A DNA stretch of 64,000 nucleotides, from positions 1-64,000 of the forward strand of contig NIVC01001781.1 in assembly GCA_002269645.1 (NCBI GenBank), given 5' to 3'. Shown here one piece after another: positions 56,721 to 64,000 of the stretch. Source of the stretch: Macrostomum lignano (lineage: Eukaryota). How positions within the stretch are numbered: the first letter of the stretch is position 1; each line of letters starts with the position of its first letter. The position numbers and the translations under genes are program-made. The notes under the pieces are model-generated. The model did no database searches. It was not told the DNA's origin and saw only the letters and a program-made list of their open reading frames with translations.

Positions 56721-57526
56721 ACTCGGCTACATGTGGAACAAGGCTTACTGTTTTAGGGAGTCCGTTAAATTTTTTTAAAACAAACTGAAAGCTATAGCAT
56801 TAGTAAAAAGCATTTCCCGGCAGGCTAAACCTTTACGTTCGATCTGGGCTAGGCTCAACTACCCAGCAGGGAGGTGCGTGACGGACTCATACATAGGATG
56901 CTTATTGTAATTGTGAACACAGTTGTGATTCACGCTCCTAATTTGAATGGATTGTGACGAATATCTGGTCCGATAGTTCGCGTGCAGACGGGCTGCTATT
57001 CAAGTAGTGATTAAAAACACAGTAGTGGAGACCGATAACTGACGGTGCCGATTATCGATTACGGATTATGTATATTTGTAGGTTACAGACACGAACGGTA
57101 CATGTAGTGGTAAATAGCTTATGCTAAACAGGTACTTGGTAACGAACAGCTGCAGTGTCGATGGAACGGCTGCGAAGATGACCTTAGTGGGAAGCACTAC
57201 TTAATCGAGAGCAATTTTGCACTACTGTTTATCAATGTTTACGGTCTACGGAAATTAAATTGCTGGCGATAGGAACAGCAGCCGACTCCTCGACCAGTCT
57301 TCTCCGAAGCCACAGAATTCAAAATGTTAAATATAACTATTTAACTTCAGTAAAACAAAACATTGTTTACTATTGTCAATAAACATAGAAATGAAACCAA
57401 TCGATATAAATAAAATACATATTAAATATTTTAGTAGATATTAATCGACGAATTGGGAGAGTAAAAGAACCGCCAACGTCACATGATAGAGCATATTTCA
57501 GTCTATAAAACTCGCGTGTACTACCA

Positions 57527-58456
57527 GGGTGTTGAGTTTATAAATGCAGGAACGAGTCTTGTCTCTATCGGTTTTTGTCTCGCATAGAGACGCCTAACCG
57601 CAGTCACTTCTGTGAAACTTGTCTCTGCCTGGCTGAAAGCTTGTAATGAGTGAGTAGGCTGGGTTGGAGGGTAATAGTGGATCGGGAGGGGCTGTGGGTA
57701 GCTGTATAGGAAGGCAGGCCTATACCTGTACCAAGGTGCTCTGACGGTATCCCTCAGGCGCCCTCTGAGCGTACAGCCAGCGACCCTATTAAAGCTGGAG
57801 TGTGCCAGAACCAGGACTGAGTCTGAGCAGGACGAGACCGTTTGCACGGTCACAATAGAAATGGCGGGTTGGCGAAGCAAAGGGTGAAACAGTCCCGGCG
57901 ATTAGCCCTCCTGCCGCTTCAAAGATAAGAGACTGTCTGTTGGCAAGAGTACCCGGGGTTTAGTTGGGGGGGAGGCTCCTTCGGGTTGCCACGGCCGTGG
58001 GGAGCGGTCAAATGACCGGCATTGGCTTAACTAACCCAGGAGTAGGCACGGGCTTCCCTGAATGGTTCACTCAACCCCCTCTGGCCCCGGGGAGGTTTTT
58101 GATTTGTACCCGGGGGTGGTGGGCGATCGGCCCCAGCATGGTTGCCACGGCTCTAGGCCTTCGGGCCATCTCTAATAGGCTTTGGGGGCCTTCTAACCTG
58201 GTTTTTTGGGCACGGGCTTCCTGACTGGTTCGTCGAACCGCTGTCACTATCCCCCGGGGAGGTTTGGTTTTTTGATACTGCCCTGTACAGTCCTCTAGTC
58301 TAATTTGGCTTTTAGTGTACATGAGTACACTCCCAATCTGGAATCTAAATTATCTCTAGTGGCGTAAGAGCCTTTTTACTTAGGCTGAGGCGCCGGAAGT
58401 ACTTATCATAGTCATAGTCATAGTGGGTGTTGAGTTTATAAATGCAGGAACGAGTC
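57527..58456 (+). other. Direct-repeat-bounded, non-coding, hairpin-rich element of unknown class
   Basis: Identical 32-mer GGGTGTTGAGTTTATAAATGCAGGAACGAGTC at 57527-57558 and 58425-58456. (CATAGT)3 immediately before the right copy. Internal tandem domain 57949-58278. Confidence 0.8.
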
Positions 58457-58895
58457 GTAAATAGGACAGGAACCTTTGTTTAATTGTTTCGTAGAAAACG
58501 TTCTGAAGGCTGGACGCTACGAAGATTCCGAACTTTTTTACGGCACGAAATTGTCTTTTTGAAAGCAGATCCAAAACTGATTTTTAGTTTAACGTGTCTG
58601 TTTTATTGTTCGATTGTTTTCGTACAGAATTTTTGAAAAGTAATTGTGATCAATGCATGCGTTTTATCTAAAAATATGAAAAACATAAAAATGACGCAAT
58701 TCTCTAAGCTTTTTAAGACACGAAGTTTCCCGTTCTACTACTTTATAGTAGTGAGGTCTCAGAATTCTCAAGAACTTCATTGGCTGTGGGCTGCTGTCTG
58801 TATAAATGCAAGCGCACCGAACTGGATAGACTAATTTAGCTTAAACTTTTAGCAAAACCACTGGTTGACAACCAGGCCATTCTTATAAACGATCC

Positions 58896-59600
58896 ATGAC
58901 GCTACCAAAGCAGCTGCTCGAGCTGACCCTGGTTGCGGGGCTGGCAGCAGCCCTCGCCTCTGGCGCCTGCATCGCTCCGTTTATTGACAGGCTGGGCAGC
59001 TGCGTCTTCATCGGCAGCACCCCATCCAGCTGGTGCGACGCCGCCAGACTGTGCCTGGACATCGGCGGAGAACTGGCAATGGACCTGACTGCCATCAGAG
59101 CTGTCAATCACTGGGTTGATTATTACTTCATCGGAGTGACGGACCTCCTGGCTGAGGCGGGCACGTCTCGCAGCGGCTGGAGATTCGCCAACGGCTCGCT
59201 GTTCCCGACTTTGGATGGCAGCGACTGGATGTCCGGCATGCCGAACCACCATTCAGCAGATGATGACTTTGCAGCGGCCAGCATTGCAGGCCTGCGAGAC
59301 CAACCAGGGTCTGCAAGTAGACAGTTCGTTTGCCAGCCGATTGCCACGCCGAACAGCAAGTACCTGGAGCGAGCGGAGTTCCTGAGGCTGGGCAACATCA
59401 GTCCTGTCTACTGCTACACTGACGCCTCAGTGAGCTCGAAGTTTCGCTGTCTGAGGCTCTGTGTGCAGCGCTGGCAGTGCCGGGCCGTCCTGTTCAACCG
59501 GGCCAACGGCGCCTGCCGCATGCTGGACTTCGCTGACTCGAGCGTCGGCGACGCCATCGAGACCGACCCAAACTGGGTTAAGTTCGTCAAAGTGTACTGA
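58896..59600 (+). CDS. Single-exon secreted C-type lectin + PAN/apple domain protein, 234 aa
   Basis: Signal peptide. CTLD pattern SWCDAARLCLDIGGELA...YFIGVTD...GWRFANG...WMSGMPN...FVC. PAN pattern C.RLC.....CRAVLFNRANGAC. Confidence 0.88.
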   Translation: MTLPKQLLELTLVAGLAAALASGACIAPFIDRLGSCVFIGSTPSSWCDAARLCLDIGGELAMDLTAIRAVNHWVDYYFIGVTDLLAEAGTSRSGWRFANGSLFPTLDGSDWMSGMPNHHSADDDFAAASIAGLRDQPGSASRQFVCQPIATPNSKYLERAEFLRLGNISPVYCYTDASVSSKFRCLRLCVQRWQCRAVLFNRANGACRMLDFADSSVGDAIETDPNWVKFVKVY

Positions 59601-62084
59601 AATCGCAGGGTGGTTTTTTGAGCCCTATGTAGAAAACTGAAGAATTGCATGCGTCAGAAAAAATTTTGAGAAAAAATTCCGGCATAGGCACCTGTCGACA
59701 CGAAAACTCTTGTACTTTTCTCATTACCCCGGCCTTCTTGGCTTTGCGCTTGTTGAAGTTTATCGCGTGACTAAACCGACAATGCCATGCTGAATTCTAC
59801 CGCTTTCCTCTCGATTAATAATTGAAGCTATATTCAGCAGATCTTCTTGTAGAGCTGCATCATTGCTGCATCGTCTATACGTAGGGTCTACTATAGAGTT
59901 GATCTCTGAGTTTGCTGGTGAATTGAGCTGTCTCAAAGTAGTGGGCAAAAAAGCGCTTTTAATTTTTCCGTACACCACTGCTGTGTCTGCAACGTTGCCA
60001 TGCAAGTCTTAATTGGCAATTGCTGTGGAATATTCCACTAATTACGAGATGCGCATCAGAATGCATGAGTGTTGGCAGTGTAATATCCATAGCAACATTG
60101 ACTACTCCTGGTAGTAGTCTATCGCGTTGAGGACTTTTATCTTCCCAAGCCTGTTGGAAGGTCGCGCCTTGGAGCGATATTATAATCGAGCACCTGAGAT
60201 GCAGCAAAGGAGAGTTTGGATGGAAACCATATAACTCGATACTAACAAGTATTGAGCGAATTCTTTTACCTAGCTGCATAATCTACATGATGTATGTAGC
60301 TATTTTATAGTCTGTGACTTGTACTAACCACTAAAGTGCATTGAATAGTACTCATTAAGTCCATTTCGGAATAATTAAGAGTTTTCTGTCACAATTTCTC
60401 TGGTCAATTTAAAAAGTTCTGCGTACGATATTTCGTAGCACCGTTATAATATGTAGATTCTAATTTCACTTAAACGTTATTACAGCTAAATTGCCTATCT
60501 TATCAAATATTTCTTAAATTAATCAATCCGAGTTTACCCACGTTGCCGTTGGTAACATACGAGCGTAGTAATTTGTTTTTAGCTCGTATATTTTAATCAT
60601 TTTCCTAATACGCGTGTTTCTTTTATGAGCTACCTGTAACATGTTACATGTAAAATAATTAATATGATGCATGTAATTATAAAAAGTAATTCCTTGTTCA
60701 GTAGGCATGCTACGCGCAAAATTTTATTATTTTCTGCATAGTATCGTCACGATAAATGGGATAAATTATGAATTAAACTACAGTGCAGATACCTATTATA
60801 AAAAAAAACAATTAAAAAACTTCAGCACTTATGCTCGTAACGCTTACTGCTTATAGACTCAAGTCAGCTACATGTTCAAAGAAGACTTCTCATGGACAAC
60901 TATTTAATTTAAAATGCGTGATTCCATATACATGTGTCTTTAATGTTGCGTTCGTGAAGCCGTCGATACCAGCATCATCTCACCCAGTTAGGACTTTGTC
61001 TACTTATTCCAGATTATGACTCATTAGATAAATATCTTAATAACACATATTTTATCGACAAGCGTGTTGATTCCTTATATTGAAATTTCTTCTTTCTGCA
61101 AAACTGAACTCATTATTTTTTTCTTTTAATGCACATATGTTTTGAACAAAGTTACTAACGCTGTACAATATGTTTTAATTTGACGAGAACCTTGTTTATT
61201 AAAGGTAAAAGTAGTTGACAACGTCAATGTAAAATGTAAAATGTAAAATTAAAGTGTAAAATGTAAAATTCTCGGCTTTGTTATTAGTTATAACAAATCA
61301 AATTTAAACGAGAAAACATTAATCAAGTATTAGACATTATACTATGAAAACTAAACAAATTAACTTATTATTATTTTCCAACGTTTTTTCATTACAAGAT
61401 AGTGTGAATGACTATTTACCTCAGATCAAACTGTGCCGTCCATTTCAAAAAAGAATTTCTAATCGCATGCGTTTTTTAAATTTTATTATAAACGAAAATT
61501 GTTACTTTAAAACAATATACATTTTAAATTAGTACTCTAAGACATCACGGACAGTAGTTTTGTCCACGGACAGTAGACATCACGTGATATTAAGACATCA
61601 CGGACAGTATTTTGATATTTGCTAACCGTATTTTAAACTAGTGTGTTAGTGTCATTTAGTTTTAAGTTGCATACAAAATAAAGTTTTTTTGCCGTTTCTC
61701 CTTACTTTATCAAGACTGTTTAAGTGTTCTGGAAAATTTTCAAATTGAAATAGCATTCTGTAAAAACTGAATGTGCAAATTAAGGCTGGAGTAATAAATC
61801 TAAATAATAATAAGCCTAGCCCTAATATCCAATTTATGTACAATCTGTACAGAAAACCAAAATAGAATTGCTTTTATTTGCAAAAGTCTATCAGTGTATC
61901 ACCTGTCATTTGTCAATCAGTATCAGTAATTGTAGGCCCTAGGCCTAATAGTTTGTTTAATAATGGTTCATTGTTTGCAATTGGCTTTAGTTTCTAACAT
62001 AGGCTTACAGGCTACATATTGACATTGTAATGTATCTTCATATCTTTTTCAAAAGCAATCATATTTTGTAATTATTTACTTATT

Positions 62085-62314
62085 ACATTATCTCAGTCAA
62101 GATATGCTGAATCAGATGGGCAAACTCATTATAAACAATTGATGATTTATATTTGATATATTTGTTAATTTATAAATCAACAAAGGCTGCACCTTTGTAC
62201 TTTTATAGCCATAGGCTAGGCTTACCAAATTAATTAATATCAAATGTAAAAAATCATCAATTGTTTATAATGAGTTTGCCCCTCTGATTCAGCATATCTT
62301 GGCTGAGATAATGT
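62085..62314. repeat. Near-perfect ~65-bp inverted repeat with ~100-bp spacer (foldback element)
   Basis: ACATTATCTCAGTCAAGATATGCTGAATCAGATGGGCAAACTCATTATAAACAATTGATGATTT and its reverse complement ending at 62314. Confidence 0.9.
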
Positions 62315-63111
62315 GATTAAAACAAGTTGCAAAACCAACTTTTGAACTTTTTTTAGTTTAAAGTTGCTGAATCAGCGCAGTGATCTTTTATGATCAATCA
62401 ATGATTTATATTTATAATATATGAATTAATATTTGTCAATAAAACAAGCTAGAAGGTTAAAACAAACTATATATAAAATTAAAATACTTACATCATCAGA
62501 TAAAAACATTAGCAACTATATAATCTATTATATTTTTAATATATTAGTACTTCAAAGTTACTGAATTGACAGAAAAGAATATGTTACGACCATAATGTTA
62601 CGACCATAAGGCTGCCTTTTCTTTTGTATCTTTGTTGCCTTTTTGAGTTTATATATTCTAATAAAAGAGTATGACTTCTAAAGATGTTAAATGTCAAAGA
62701 TGTCAAATAAAAAAAAATTATTGCAAAATATCAGAAATGAAAAATGATATAAGACTTTTACCTTTTAGTTTCTATATGTCAAAAATCCCGTTGTTACGAC
62801 TATAAGTGCCATTCAAGGTTTAATAGCATCTATACTAATGATGATATCTATATGAAACTTTATAAACATATTCTTGACAAAATAATCTTTTATTCAAAAT
62901 ATTGGTTTAGTATATTCTATTATTAGATTTCATTTTATAAGTAAAAATAGTCTATCATGTTACAACCATAATTATATAAAATGGCCCTCTAGAAAGTACA
63001 ATAAAATCAAAATAATACTATATACAAATAACTCACAATATGAAATAAGTACAAAATATGATTACTTTTAAAATAGATATAATAATATATAATAATATGA
63101 CAAGAGACATA

Positions 63112-63701
63112 CCATACTCTGGAAGGTGACTGGTACGCCGGAGATTTCCGGCGTACCAAATGAGTTTTCCGAAAAATTGGCGTACTACCATTGGCGTACC
63201 ACCGATTCAAAAAAGCATTTGGCATACCACCTTTGGCGTACCACCAAGCTGAAGTTGAATTGGCGTACCACTTTTAGCGTACCATTGGCACCACCAGGCA
63301 AAAAAATCGTTGCCAGAGTAAAAACTTTTTGTAATTTTGCCTAAATTACGACATACAAGATACGACTACATCACACAACAATGTATTTTACGTAAAAAAT
63401 TGCATATATTTTTTCCTGCATTGTATAACTTGATTAATCATTTTATAAATATATTAATAAAATAATTTAGCCTAGTATTATTGGTAAATAAATTTCTGAG
63501 CACTGATTATATCTGTTATTTTTTAATAATTGTTAAAGTTTGTCCGCCATATTTTTACCATTTTCAAAGTCGAAATTTTTAGTGCCGCAACGTTATACAC
63601 TGAGGGATCCCCACGTCTTTCTTTTGGCGTACCACTGGCGTACCACTTGGGAATCCTCCTTTTTCCTTCCGGCGTACCACATTACACCATCCGGACTATG
63701 G
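63112..63701. mobile_element. Non-autonomous DNA transposon, 590 bp
   Basis: Imperfect TIR CCATACTCTGGAAGG...TGGTACGCCGGA / TCCGGCGTACCA...CCATCCGGACTATGG. Perfect 8-bp TSD GAGACATA at 63104-63111 and 63702-63709. Many TGGCGTACCA subrepeats. Confidence 0.88.
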
Positions 63702-64000
63702 GAGACATAATCTATGTTTTTATTCTTCCAGTAGGCTTTTGCTACTCTTTAGAAAGTATTTGTAGATAGGCTAGTTTAATGCTATTGCTTAGCTATTAGG
63801 CTAGTTTTGGCTTAGCCTTTTAAAGAAATTTATCCAAAATTGTAGGGCTTAGCCAAGTTTTAAACTATACTGGATACCTCCTTTTCTTTCATATATATGT
63901 AACCCCCCCTCCCCTAGTCTACAATGGCTATGCAACTTACTTATGAAAGAAACAAGCAGATTAATACACTTTTGGATAAATAGCAGGACCACAATTTACA

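Noticed and set aside
58005-58030. Minus-strand GCCAATGCCGGTC resembling a twister ribozyme segment
   Set aside because: The AAGC loop and flanking conserved twister residues are absent, and the match is not kept in the second unit.
58028-58040. CTAACCC as a telomerase RNA template
   Set aside because: Only 7 nt, not the ~1.5 repeats required, and shorter in unit 2.

Overview
Eukaryotic (animal) genomic DNA. GC-rich, polyQ-containing exons in AT-rich spacers packed with (CTGT)n and 21-46 bp minisatellites suggest a free-living flatworm such as Macrostomum; this is inference only. Two spliced genes are intact: WIPI3/WDR45B (+, 15712-29058) and EIF2B5 (-, 36663-31936). An HSPA12-like gene carries three single-base frameshifts. 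A DUF1647-family gene is nested antisense in WIPI3 intron 3. There are three secreted-protein genes (unnamed domain; fibrinogen-related with an in-frame TAG; C-type lectin+PAN) and one orphan membrane-anchored gene. WIPI3 introns host five SNORD46-like C/D snoRNAs. Mobile DNA includes an RTE-like LINE, an intron-containing Ginger/GIN-type integrase, a decayed mariner, several MITEs with 8-bp TSDs, two SINE families, and an LTR with a multiplied tRNA-Leu primer-binding site. The least explained element is a 0.9-kb non-coding, hairpin-rich segment (57527-58456) bounded by a 32-bp direct repeat. It contains a tandemly duplicated domain with conserved pairings and a hammerhead-like relic. All splice sites, alignments and folds were read by eye; no database search was run.
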